From Eledone cirrhosa (taxonomy: Eukaryota), in the NCBI GenBank assembly GCA_964016885.1, contig OZ024743.1:222146001-222210000 (forward strand): a stretch of DNA of 64,000 nt, written 5' to 3'. This document shows positions 12,276 through 25,071 of this stretch, piece by piece (within the stretch, counting starts at the first letter, position 1; each line of letters opens with the position of its first letter). Position numbers and translations under genes: made by a program. The notes beneath the pieces were generated by a model. It saw only the letters and a list, made by a program, of their open reading frames with translations. It was not told the DNA's origin and made no database searches.

Positions 12276-15200
12276 ATAATTTTTCTCTCACATATTTCAT
12301 TCAGCCAATAAAGTATGAACCTTCTTTAGAAAAATATTATTTCTATTGATTCCCTTCCATAAATCTAAACTAAAACACATCCTACATTAACTTCTATTAT
12401 TTACACACCAATAGGGTCTAGCAGTATTGGTAGAGCATCGGACAACATACTTTGTGGCATATAGTTGTGGTTCTTTACGTTCTGAGTTCAAAATCCTGCC
12501 GAGGTTAGCTTTGCCTTTCATCCTTATGGGGTTGATAAAATAAAGCACCAGTAATGCACTGGGGTCAATTTAATCGACTTTCTCCTTCCCTTCAAATTGC
12601 TTGCCTTGTGCCTATAGAAGAAACAATTATTTACACAACAATAAAGGAATTATCATGAAGGTATGTGAACAAGTGGTTAGAGTGTTGGACTTTTGATCAT
12701 AATGTTTTGGGTTCAATTCCTGGACTGGGTAGAGCATTGTGTCCTTGAACAAAACATTTTATTTCACATCGCTCTCATACACACAGCTAAAAATGAGTAC
12801 TAGCAGTAGCTGGCAATGTTTCTGGTATCCTGTCTAAGGAGGGAGATTTGTATCTTCAGTTGCTTAATGCTAATGAATCCAGGATAAACACCAACCTTAT
12901 GAGCCTCCCTTTTCTTTAATGAATTATCCTATTGTAATATTAGGGAAGGGTCATGTTGTCCTTATATTGCCAGAAAAAAATAGTAAAACACACTGATTGT
13001 TTTGTTTGGTTATCTTTATATTTCTATAAATAATTTAACTGGCAATCAATGTTTATCATTGATTGACGAACAGTTAAAAATATAAATATAAATATAGTTC
13101 TTTTGTCACATATTTCTGTGATATGTGTGACGAAAGAATTTTGAGAAACTATATTTATATTTATATTTATATTTTTAACTGTTGGTCAATCAATGATACA
13201 CATTGATTGCAAGCTAAAATTATTTATAGAAATATAAAGTTATACCAAAGTGAAAAACAAACAAAACAGTGAGCGTGTTTTACTATATTTTTCTGGCAAT
13301 ATTAGGAAAACATGACCCTCCCCAATATAACAATATCTATTTCAACACATGATTTCAAAAACCTTGCAAAACGAATTATCATATCTTTCAAGTATATATT
13401 TTACTTTATAACTTGTTTCATTGTTCTGTTCACTGTTCTGACACTGTAAAGTGGTTGTGTTGGTATAATGACAAAAAGCCCCCAGTCCACACTGTAAAGT
13501 GCTTGTGTTGGTATAATGACAAAAAGCACCCAGTCCACACTGTAAAGTGGTTGTGTTGGTATGACAAAAAGCACCCAGTCCACACTGTAAAGTGGTTGTG
13601 TTGGTATAATGAGAAAAAGCACCCAGTTCATTCTGTAAAGTGGTTGTGTTGGTATAATGACAAAAAGCACCCAGTCCACACTGTAAAGTGGTTGAGTTGA
13701 TATAATGACAAAGAGCACCCAGTCCACACTGTAAAGTGGTTGTGTTGGTATAATGACAAAAAGCACCCAGTCCACACTGTAAAGTGGTTGAGTTGATATA
13801 ATGACAAAAAGCACCCAGTCCACACTGTAAAGTGGTTGTGTTGGTATAATGACAAAAAGCACCCAGTCCACACTGTAAAGTGGTTGTGTTGGTATAATGA
13901 CAAAAAGCACCCAGTTCACTCTGTAAAGTGGTTGTGTTGGTATAATGACAAAAAGCACCCAGTCCACACTGTAAAGTGGTTGTGTTGGTATAATGACAAA
14001 AAGCACCCAGTCCACACTGTAAAGTGGTTGTGTTGGTATAATGACAAAAAGCACCCAGTCCACACTGTAAAGTGGTTGTGTTGATATAATGACAAAGAGT
14101 ACCCAGTCCACACTGTAAAGTGGTTGTGTTGGTATAATGACAAAAAGCACCCAGTCCACACTGTAAAGTGGTTGTGTTGGTATAATGACAAAAAGCACCC
14201 AGTTCACTCTGTAAAGTGGTTGTGTTGGTATAATGACAAAAAGCACCCAGTCCACACTGTAAAGTGGTTGTGTTGGTATAATGACAAAAAGCACCCAGTC
14301 CACACTGTAAAGTGGTTGTGTTGGTATAATGACAAAAAGCACCCAGTCCACTCTGTAAAGTGGTTGAGTTGATATAATGACAAAAAGCACCCAGTCCACA
14401 CTGTAAAGTGGTTGTGTTGATATAATGACAAAGAGCACCCAGTCCACACTGTAAAGTGGTTGTGTTGGTATAATGACAAAAAGCACCCAGTCCAAACTGT
14501 AAAGTGGTTGTGTTGGTATAATGACAAAAAGCACCCAGTCCACACTGTAAAGTGGTTGTGTTGGTATAATGACAAAAAGCACCCAGTCCACACTATAAAG
14601 TGGTTGTGTTGGTATAATGACAAAAAGTACCCAGTCCACACTGTAAAGTGGTTGTGTTGATATAATGACAAAGAGCACCCAGTCCACACTGTAAAGTGGT
14701 TGTGTTGGTATAATGACAAAAAGCACCCAGTCCACACTGTAAAGTGGTTGTGTTGGTATAATGACAAAAAGCACCCAGTCCACACTGTAAAGTGGTTGTG
14801 TTGGTATAATGACAAAAAGCACCCAGTCCACTCTGTAAAGTGGTTGAGTTGATATAATGACAAAAAGCACCCAGTCCACACTGTAAAGTGGTTGTGTTGG
14901 TATAATGACAAAAAGCACCCAGTCCACACTCTGAAGTGGTTGTGTTGGTATAATGACAAAAAGCACCCAGTCCACACTGTAAAGTGGTTGTGTTGGTATA
15001 ATGACAAAGAGCACCCAGTCCACACTGTAAAGTGGTTGTGTTAGTATAATGACAAAAAGCACCCAGTCCACACTGTAAAGTGGTTGTGTTGGTATAATGA
15101 CAAAAAGCACCCAGTCCACACTGTAAAGTGGTTGTGTTGGTATAATGACAAAAAGCACCCAGTCCACACTGTAAAGTGGTTGTGTTGGTATAATGACAAA

Positions 15201-18200
15201 GAGCACCCAGTCCACACTGTAAAGTGGTTGTGTTGATATAATGACAAAAAGCACCCAGTCCACACTGTAAAGTGGTTGTGTTGGTATAATGACAAAAAGC
15301 ACCCAGTCCACACTGTAAAGTGATTGTGTTGGAATAATGACAAAAAGCACCCAGTTCACTCTGTAAAGTGGTTGTGTTGGTATAATGACAAAAAGCACCC
15401 AGTTCACTCTGTAAAGTGGTTGTGTTGGTATAATGACAAAAAGCACCCAGTCCACACTCTGAAGTGGTTGTGTTGGTATAATGACAAAAAGCACCCAGTC
15501 CACACTGTAAAGTGGTTGTGTTGGTATAATGACAAAAAGCACCCAGTCCACTCTGTAAAGTGGTTGTGTTGGTATAATGAGAAAAAGCACCCAGTCCACA
15601 CTGTAAAGTGGTTGTGTTGGTATAATGACAAAAAGCACCCAGTCCACTCTGTAAAGTGGTTGTGTTGGTATAATGACAAAAAGCACCCAGTCCACACTGT
15701 AAAGTGGTGGTGTTGGTATAATGACAAAAAGCACCCAGTCCACACTGTAAAGTGGTTGTGTTGGTATAATGACAAAGAGCACCCAGTCCACACTGTAAAG
15801 TGGTTGTGTTGGTATAATGACAAAAAGCACCCAGTCCACACTGTAAAGTGGTTGTGTTGGTATAATGACAAAAAGCACCCAGTCCACTCTGTAAAGTGGT
15901 TGAGTTGATATAATGACAAAAAGCACCCAGTCCACACTGTAAAGTGGTTGTGTTGGTATAATGACAAAAAGCACCCAGTCCACACTGTAAAGTGATTGTG
16001 TTGGAATAATGACAAAAAGCACCCAGTTCACTCTGTAAAGTGGTTGTGTTGGTATAATGACAAAAAGCACCCAGTTCACTCTGTAAAGTGGTTGTGTTGG
16101 TATAATGACAAAAAGCACCCAGTCCACACTCTGAAGTGGTTGTGTTGGTATAATGACAAAAAGCACCCAGTCCACACTGTAAAGTGGTTGTGTTGGTATA
16201 ATGACAAAAAGCACCCAGTCCACTCTGTAAAGTGGTTGTGTTGGTATAATGAGAAAAAGCACCCAGTCCACACTGTAAAGTGGTTGTGTTGGTATAATGA
16301 CAAAAAGCACCCAGTTCACTCTGTAAAGTGGTTGTGTTGGTATAATGACAAAAAGCACCCAGTCCACACTGTAAAGTGGTTGTGATGGTATAATGACAAA
16401 AAGCACCCAGTCCACTCTGTAAAGTGGTTGTGTTGGTATAATGACAAAAAGCACCCAGTCCACACTGTAAAGTGGTTGTGTTGGTATAATGACAAAAAGC
16501 ACCCAGTCCACACTGTAAAGTGGTTGTGTTGGTATAATGACAAAAAGCAACCAGTCCACACTCTAAAGTGGTTGTGTTGGTATAATGACAAAAAGCACCC
16601 AGTCCACACTGTAAAGTGGTTGTGTTGGTATAATGACAAAGAGCACCCAGTCCACACTGTAAAGTGGTTGTGTTGGTATAATGACAAAAAGCACCCAGTC
16701 CACACTGTAAAGTGGTTGTGTTGGTATGATGACAAAAAGCACCCAGTCCACACTGTAAAGTGGTTGTGTTGGTATAATGACAAAGAGCACCCAGTCCACA
16801 CTGTAAAGTGGTTGTGTTGGTATAATGACAAAAAGCACCCAGTCCACTCTGTAAAGTGGTTGTGTTGGTATAATGACAAAAAGCACCCAGTCCACACTGT
16901 AAAGTGGTGGTGTTGGTATAATGACAAAAAGCACCCAGTCCACACTGTAAAGTGGTTGTGTTGGTATAATGACAAAGAGCACCCAGTCCACACTGTAAAG
17001 TGGTTGTGTTGGTATAATGAGAAAAAGCACCCAGTCCACACTGTAAAATGGTTGTGTTGGTATAATGACAAAAAGCACCCAGTCCACACTGTAAAGTGGT
17101 TTTGTTGGTATAATGACAAAAAGCACCCAGTCCACACTGTAAAGTGGTTGTGTTGGTATAATGACAAAAAGCACCCAGTCCACACTGTAAAGTGGTTGTG
17201 TTGGTATAATGACAAAAAGCACCCAGTTCACTCTGTAAAGTGGTTGTGTTGGTATAATGACAAAAAGCACCCAGTCCACACTGTAAAGTGGTTGTGTTGG
17301 TATAATGACAAAAAGCACCCAGTTCACTCTGTAAAGTGGTTGTGTTGGTATAATGAGAAAAAGCACCCAGTCCACCCTGTAAAGTGGTTGTGTTGGTATA
17401 ATGACAAAAAGCACCCAGTCCACACTGTAAAGTGGTTGTGTTGGTATAATGCAAAAAGCACCCAGTTCACTCTGTAAAGTGGTTGTGTTGGTATAATGAC
17501 AAAAAGCACCCAGTCCACACTGTAAAGTGGTTGTGTTGGTATAATGACAAAAAGCACCCAGTCCACACTGTAAAGTGGTTGTGTTGGTATAATGACAAAA
17601 AGCACCCAGTTCACTCTGTAAAGTGGTTGTGTTGGTATAATGAGAAAAAGCACCCAGTCCACACTGTAAAGTGGTTGTGTTGGTATAATGACAAAAAGCA
17701 CCCAGTCCACACTGTAAAGTGGTTGTGTTGGTATAATGACAAAAAGCACCCAGTCCACTCTGTAAAGTTGTTGTGTTGGTATAATGACAAAAAGCACCCA
17801 GTCCACACTGTAAAGTGGTTGTGTTGGTATAATGACAAAGAGCACCCAGTCCAAACTGTAAAGTGGTTGTGTTGGTATAATGACAAAAAGCACCCAGTCC
17901 ACACTGTAAAGTGGTTGTGTTGGTATAATGACAAAAAGCACCCAGTCCACACTGTAAAGTGGTTGTGTTGGTATAATGACAAAAAGCACCCAGTCCACAC
18001 TGTAAAGTGGTTGTGTTGGTATAATGACAAAAAGCACCCAGACCACACTCTGAAGTGGTTGTGTTGGTATAATGACAAAGTGCACCCAGTCCACACTGTA
18101 AAGTGGTTGTGTTGGTATAATGACAAAAAGCACCCAGTCCACACTGTAAAGTGGTTGTGTTGGTATAATGACAAAAAGCACCCAGTCCACACTGTAAAGT

Positions 18201-21200
18201 GGTTGTGTTGGTATAATGACAAAAAGCACCCAGTTCACTCTGTTAAGTGGTTGTGTTGGTATAATGACAAAAAGCACCCAGTCCACACAGTAAAGTGGTT
18301 GTGTTGGTATAATGACAAAAAGCACCCAGTCCACACTGTAAAGTGGTTGTGTTGGTATAATGACAAAAAGCACCCAGTTCACTCTGTAAAGTGGTTGTGT
18401 TGGTATATTGACAAAAAGCACCCAGTTCACTCTGTAAAGTGGTTGTGTTGGTATAATGAGAAAAAGCACCCAGTCCACACTGTAAAGTGGTTGTGTTGGT
18501 ATAATGACAAAAAGCACCCAGTTCACTCTGTAAAGTGGTTGTGTTGGTATAATGACAAAAAGCACCCAGTTCACTCTGTAAAGTGGTTGCGTTGGTATAA
18601 TGACAAAAAGCACCCAGTTCACTCTGTAAAGTGGTTGTGTTGGTATAATGAGAAAAAGCACCCAGTCCACACTGTAAAGTGGTTGTGTTGGTATAATGAC
18701 AAAAAGCACCCAGTTCACTCTGTAAAGTGGTTGTGTTGGTATAATGACAAAAAGCACCCAGTTCACTCTGTAAAGTGGTTGTGTTGGTATAATGACAAAA
18801 AGCACCCAGTCCACACTGTAAAGTGGTTGTGTTGGTATAATGACAAAAAGCACCCAGTCCACACTGTAAAGTGGTTGTGTTGGTATAATGACAAAAAGCA
18901 CCCAGTTCACTCTGTAAAGTGGTTCTGTTGGTATAATGACAAAATGCACCCAGTTCACTCTGTAAAGTAGTTGTGTTGGTATAATGACAAAAAGCACCCA
19001 GTCCACACTGTAAAGTGGTTGTGTTGGTATAATGACAAAAAGCACCCAGTCCACACTCTGAAGTGGTTGTGTTGGTATAATGATAAAAAGCACCCAGTCC
19101 ACTCTGAAGTGGTTGTGTTGGTATAATGACAAAAAGCACCCAGTCCACACTCTGAAGTGGTTGTGTTGGTATAATGACAAAAAGCACCCAGTTCACTCTG
19201 AAGTGGTTGTGTTGGTATAATGACAAAAAGCACCCAGTCCACACTGTAAAGTGGTTGTGTTGGTATAATGACAAAAAGCACCCAGTTCACTCTGTAAAGT
19301 GGTTGTGTTGGTATATTGAGAAAAAGCACCCAGTCCACACTGTAAAGTGGTTGTGTTGGTATAATGATAAAAAGCACCCAGTCCACACTGTAAAGTGGTC
19401 GTGTTGGTATAATGACAAAAAGCACCCAGTTCACTCTGTAAAGTGGTTGTGTTGGTATAATGACAAAAAGCACCCAGTCCACATTGTAAAGTGGTTGTGT
19501 TGGTATAATGACAAAAAGCACCCAGTCCACACTGTAAAGTGGTTGTGTTGGTATAATGACAAAAAGCACCCAGTTCACTCTGTAAAGTGGTTGTGTTGGT
19601 ATAATGACAAAAAGCACCCAGTTCACTCTGTAAAGTGGTTGTGTTGGTATAATAACAAAAAGCACCCAGTCCACACTGTAAAGTGCTTGTGTTGGTATAA
19701 TGATAAAAAGCACCCAGTTCACTCTGTAAAGTGGTTGTGTTGGTATAATGACAAAAAGCACCCAGTCCACACTGTAAAGTGGTTGTGTTGGTATAATGAG
19801 AAAAAGCACCCAGTCCACACTGTAAAGTGGTTGTGTTGGTATAATGACAAAAAGCACCCAGTCCACACTGTAAAGTGGTTGTGTTGGTATAATGATAAAA
19901 AGCACCCAGTCCACACTGTAAAGTGGTTGTGTTGGTATAATGATAAAAAGCACCCAGTCCACACTGTAAAGTGGTTGTGTTGGTATAATGACAAAAAGCA
20001 CCCAGTCCACACTGTAAAGTGGTTGTGTTGGTATAATGACAAAAAGCACCCAGTTCACACTGTAAAGTGGTTGTGTTGGTATAATGACAAAAAGCACCCA
20101 GTTCACACTGTAAAGTGGTTGTGTTGGTATAATGAGAAAAAGCACCCAGTCCACACTGTAAAGTGGTTGTGTTGGTATAATGACAAAAAGCACCCAGTCC
20201 ACACTGTAAAGTGGTTGTGTTGGTATAATGACAAAAAGCACCCAGTCCACACTGTAAAGTGGTTGTGTTGGTATAATGACAAAAAGCACCCAGTCCACAC
20301 TGTAAAGTGGTTGTGTTGGTATAATGATAAAAAGCACCCAGTCCACACTGTAAAGTGGTTGTGTTGGTATAATGACAAAAAGCACCCAGTCCACACTGTA
20401 AAGTGGTTGTGTTGGTATAATGACAAAAAGCACCCAGTCCACACTCTGAAGTGGTTGTGTTGGTATAATGACAAAAAGCACCCAGTCCACACTGTAAAGT
20501 GGTTGTGTTGGTATAATGACAAAAAGCACCCAGTCCACACTGTAAAGTGGTTGTGTTGGTATAATGACAAAAAGCACCCAGTTCATTCTGTAAAGTGGTT
20601 GTGTTGCTATAATGACAAAAAGCACCCAGTCCACACTGTAAAGTGGTTGTGTTGGTATAATGACAAAAAGCACCCAGTTCACTCTGTAAAGTGGTTGTGT
20701 TGGTATAATGACAAAGAGCACCCAGTCCAAACTGTAAAGTGGTTGTGTTGGTATAATGACAAAAAGCACCCAGTCCACACTGTAAAGTGGTTGTGTTGGT
20801 ATAATGACAAAAAGCACCCAGTTCACTCTGTAAAGTGGTTGTGTTGGTATAATGACAAAAAGCACCCATTTCACTCTGTAAAGTGGTTATGTTGGTGTAA
20901 TGACAAAAAGCACCCAGTCCACACTGTAAAGTGGTTGTGTTGGTATAATGACAAAAAGCACCCAGTCCACTCTGTAAAGTGGTTGTGTTGGTATAATGAC
21001 AAAAAGCACCCAGTCCACACTGTAAAGTGGTTGTGTTGGTATAATGACAAAGAGCACCCAGTCCAAACTGTAAAGTGGTTGTGTTGGTATAATGACAAAA
21101 AGCACCCAGTCCACACTGTAAAGTGGTTGTGTTGGTATAATGACAAAAAGCACCCAGTCCACACTGTAAAGTGGTTGTGTTGGTATAATGACAAAAAGCA

Positions 21201-24200
21201 CCCAGTCCACACTGTAAAGTGGTTGTGTTGGTATAATGACAAAAAGCACCCAGACCACACTCTGAAGTGGTTGTGTTGGTATAATGACAAAGTGCACCCA
21301 GTCCACACTGTAAAGTGGTTGTGTTGGTATAATGACAAAAAGCACCCAGTCCACACTGTAAAGTGGTTGTGTTGGTATAATGACAAAAAGCACCCAGTCC
21401 ACACTGTAAAGTGGTTGTTTTGGTATAATGACAAAAAGCACCCAGTTCACTCTGTAAAGTGGTTGTGTTGGTATAATGACAAAAAGCACCCAGTCCACAC
21501 TGTAAAGTGGTTGTGTTGGTATAATGACAAAAAGCACCCAGTCCACACTGTAAAGTGGTTGTGTTGGTATAATGACAAAAAGCACCCAGTTCACTCTGTA
21601 AAGTGGTTGTGTTGGTATAATGAGAAAAAGCACCCAGTCCACACTGTAAAGTGGTTGTGTTGGTATAATGACAAAAAGCACCCAGTTCACTCTGTAAAGT
21701 GGTTGTGTTGGTATAATGACAAAAAGCACCCAGTTCACTCTGTAAAGTGGTTGTGTTGGTATAATGACAAAAAGCACCCAGTTCACTCTGTAAAGTGGTT
21801 GTGTTGGTATAATGAGAAAAAACACCCAGTCCACACTGTAAAGTGGTTGGTGTTAGGAAGGGCATCCAGCTATAGAACTAAGCCAGAAACAGTTCTGTAA
21901 GAGTAAGACATTGTCATATGACCTGTCTTGTCTCAAATAAGACAACTCATTTAACCCATGGTAGTGTGGAAAAATGAACATTAAATGATGACAATGATGA
22001 TGTTGATGACGACAACAGTGGCAGCGGCTGCGATAGCAGTGACGACGATGATGAAGATGATGATGATGATGATCAGCATCATGAATCGATATTTATTATT
22101 CTGATTTCTCTAACTTTTACCTAACAAACCAAAACATGATATCAAACTAATAGAATAAAGAAAAAAATGCGTATGTTATATTTACCGCTTTCATTTCTTC
22201 ATAAGTTAAGATGAACACATTTGGCTGGTCTTTAATTAAAGACCAGAATTCTTGAGTATTTTTAAAGTAATTATCATGAGGAACTATAAATTAAAAGATG
22301 GCAGAGAAACACAATATAATGACTATGATTTACAAAAGAAACTAATTAATAGAGATTAATCAAAGAAATATAGAAAGAGGTGAAGGCCTGTACAGTTAAT
22401 TACACATTACATTAAGGAATGCTGGTGTTTCCTTCTAAAAATGTTGAGACTAAGGCACTAGAATAGCCAGGTACCTTCATGACTATCAACTGATATGTCA
22501 GTCAGGTGAACCTTCAACAATAACCTCCTTGTCTGTGACCCAATATCCACAAATGTCTTACATGTCACTAGAATAGCCAGGTACCTTCATGACTATCAAC
22601 TGATATGTCAGTCAGGTGAACCTTCAACAATAACCTCCTTGTCTGTGACCCAATATCCACAAATGTCGCTGAAAATAATAGTCTACTGATATTTCAAGAA
22701 ATTCAATGATGTAATCAGAGCTTTCAAGATAAACAACCTACCAGTTAACTATCTTATAAAGAGATAAGAAAAGCAATGTTATAATTAATATTTTATACTA
22801 GTAAACCCGTACTGTCAATAAAGAAAGTAATAACATTGAATGTATTTAAATTTTGGAGTCCAAGTTTGGTATACCATATATATATATCAAGTTTATATGT
22901 GTGTGTGTGTGTCTAAATTTATATATTATATCATATATATATTGTTACTCCGGGTAGAGCTGCTACTTCTCCAAATTGAGAGCTCACAGCTCCTATACTA
23001 TGGGCATGTGGTTAGAATGTCTCAGGAAAGAATCACTGGACAGATTTTATGAAGAAAACCAACTGCAGGAGACCCAGGGGTAGACCCCAAGCAAGATAGT
23101 TGGATGACATCCATGAGCTTAGCTGGTCTCACTTGAGGATCCAGCTAGATCAGTTGCAGACAGTTTCTTCTGACAGGACCCGCTGGAAGGAGTGTTTGAG
23201 GACACTTCCCCCACGACCCTCTCAGGAATAAGTGGGCAAAGAAGAAGATATATATATATGTAAAGTTGTGGGTACAAACAAAAGGAAAGAGCACTTAATA
23301 CATAATGTGAAAGTTGAGTATTTATATTAATAATTGTTTCTACTTTTGGCATAAGGCCAGAAATTACCCCAGTGTATTACTGGTGCTTTATTTTATCGAC
23401 CCCGTAGGGATGAAAGGCAAAGTTAACCTCAGCGAGATTTGAATTCAGAATGTAAAGGGCCATAACTCTATGCTGCAAAGCATGTCGTCCAACTCTCTAC
23501 CGATACTACCAATCCACCGCCCACATGGAAACTCATATAAATCATCTGGTACATTGTAAGAAAAGTAAAATACGATAGAGAATAAAGTTTAGGACTATGC
23601 TTCTGAGGGCTCCCTTTGGTTGTTTCACGTCACATGGTAGTGTTGATAAGTCATTAACAGCACGAAAAGTTTGTGTCTTGGTGACACCATTAATTTCAGT
23701 AGACTCATCTAGTTTACTCATATCCTGTATACCTCCCTCATTCACATCCTTCACCTCATTTCCTCATCCAGCCTATAGTCCCCCCCCCCACACACACACA
23801 CACCTTAGGCTTCCCTCACTTTTGTTGACCCCACTCCCATGCTTCATTGTCTAACTCATGCCAGCATGGAAAGACAGATGTATCCTCCCCTCAATGTTTT
23901 GGTGTGGGTTGATCTCTACCCAACCTGCTCTCAGCAAACAAGTTGTAGCTCTCTCCTTCTGACTCCACATCTTACCACCCAATCCTATCACTGCTTTCCT
24001 TCTCATACAGGCTGATTAGCACCCTAGTCATAATGTGTCAATGCCGATGCCATGATAAAACACCTTATCCACTCTGTAAAGTGGTAGTGCTGGTACCACG
24101 ATAAAATGCTCCCAGTCCATCCTGTAAAGTATTAGTGCTGTTGCCTGGATAAAATGCTCCCAGTCCACCCTGTAAAGTGTTAGTGATGGTGCCACGATAA

Positions 24201-25038
24201 AATGCTCCCAGTACACCCTGTAAAGTAGTAGTGCTGGTGCCACAATAATAAGCTCCCAATCTACACTATAAAGTAGTATTGCTGGTGCCACAATAAAAGC
24301 TCCCAATCTGCACTATAAAGCAGTAGTGCTGGTGCCACAATGAAATGCTCCCAGTCCACTTTGTAAAGTAGTAGTGCTGGTGGTATGATAAAATACTCGC
24401 AGTTTACCCTGTAAATTAATAGGGCTGGCGGTATGATAAAATGTTCCCAGCACACCTTGTAAAGTAATAGTGCTGGTAACAGGATAAAATACTCACAGTC
24501 CACTCTGTAAAGAAGTAGTGCTAGGCCACAATAAAATGCTCCCAGTCCACCCTGTAAACTAGTAGTGCTGGTAACAGGATAAAATGCTCCCAGTCCACTC
24601 TGTAAAGTAATAGTGCTGGTGTCACAATAAAAAGCTCCCAATCCACACTATAAAGTGGTAATGCTGGTGACACAATAGTGTGCTCCCATTATGCTCTCTA
24701 AAGTAATAGTGCTGGTAGTATGATAAAATACTCCCAGTCCACTCTGTAAAGTAGTAGAGTTGGAACCACGATAAAAAGCAACTATTCCACTTTGTAAGGT
24801 GGCAGAGGTGGTGTCACAATCAAATACTCCCAGTAAAGTGGTTGGCATTAGGAATGACATTCAACCATAGAAACCATGCCAAATATGGAACATATCAAAT
24901 AGACATAGTCATCTGAGTGGTCAAACCTGACAACCTTTCTAACATGGACACGCCTGGAAATAAACATTAAATGATGATGATAAGAAAGAGATGGAGGATC
25001 TCAGAGGTGGTGTGGTGGTGGTGGTGGTGGTGGTGGAT

Positions 25039-25071
<33 letters not shown>

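Noticed and set aside
12410-12730. Possible tRNA genes
   Set aside because: Only A/B-box-like heads continuing into multi-copy SINE bodies; no complete cloverleaf.
13401-21900. Very long ORFs (up to 1052 aa) in several frames on both strands
   Set aside because: They are translations of a 48-bp (16-codon) unit that lacks stops in most frames. Frames switch at indels, there is no unique domain, and the array lies in an intron.
13441-24840. CRISPR-like or RT-associated repeat-spacer array
   Set aside because: No unique spacers, units are homologous along their whole length, there are no cas genes, the context is eukaryotic, and nearby RTs are ordinary LINEs.
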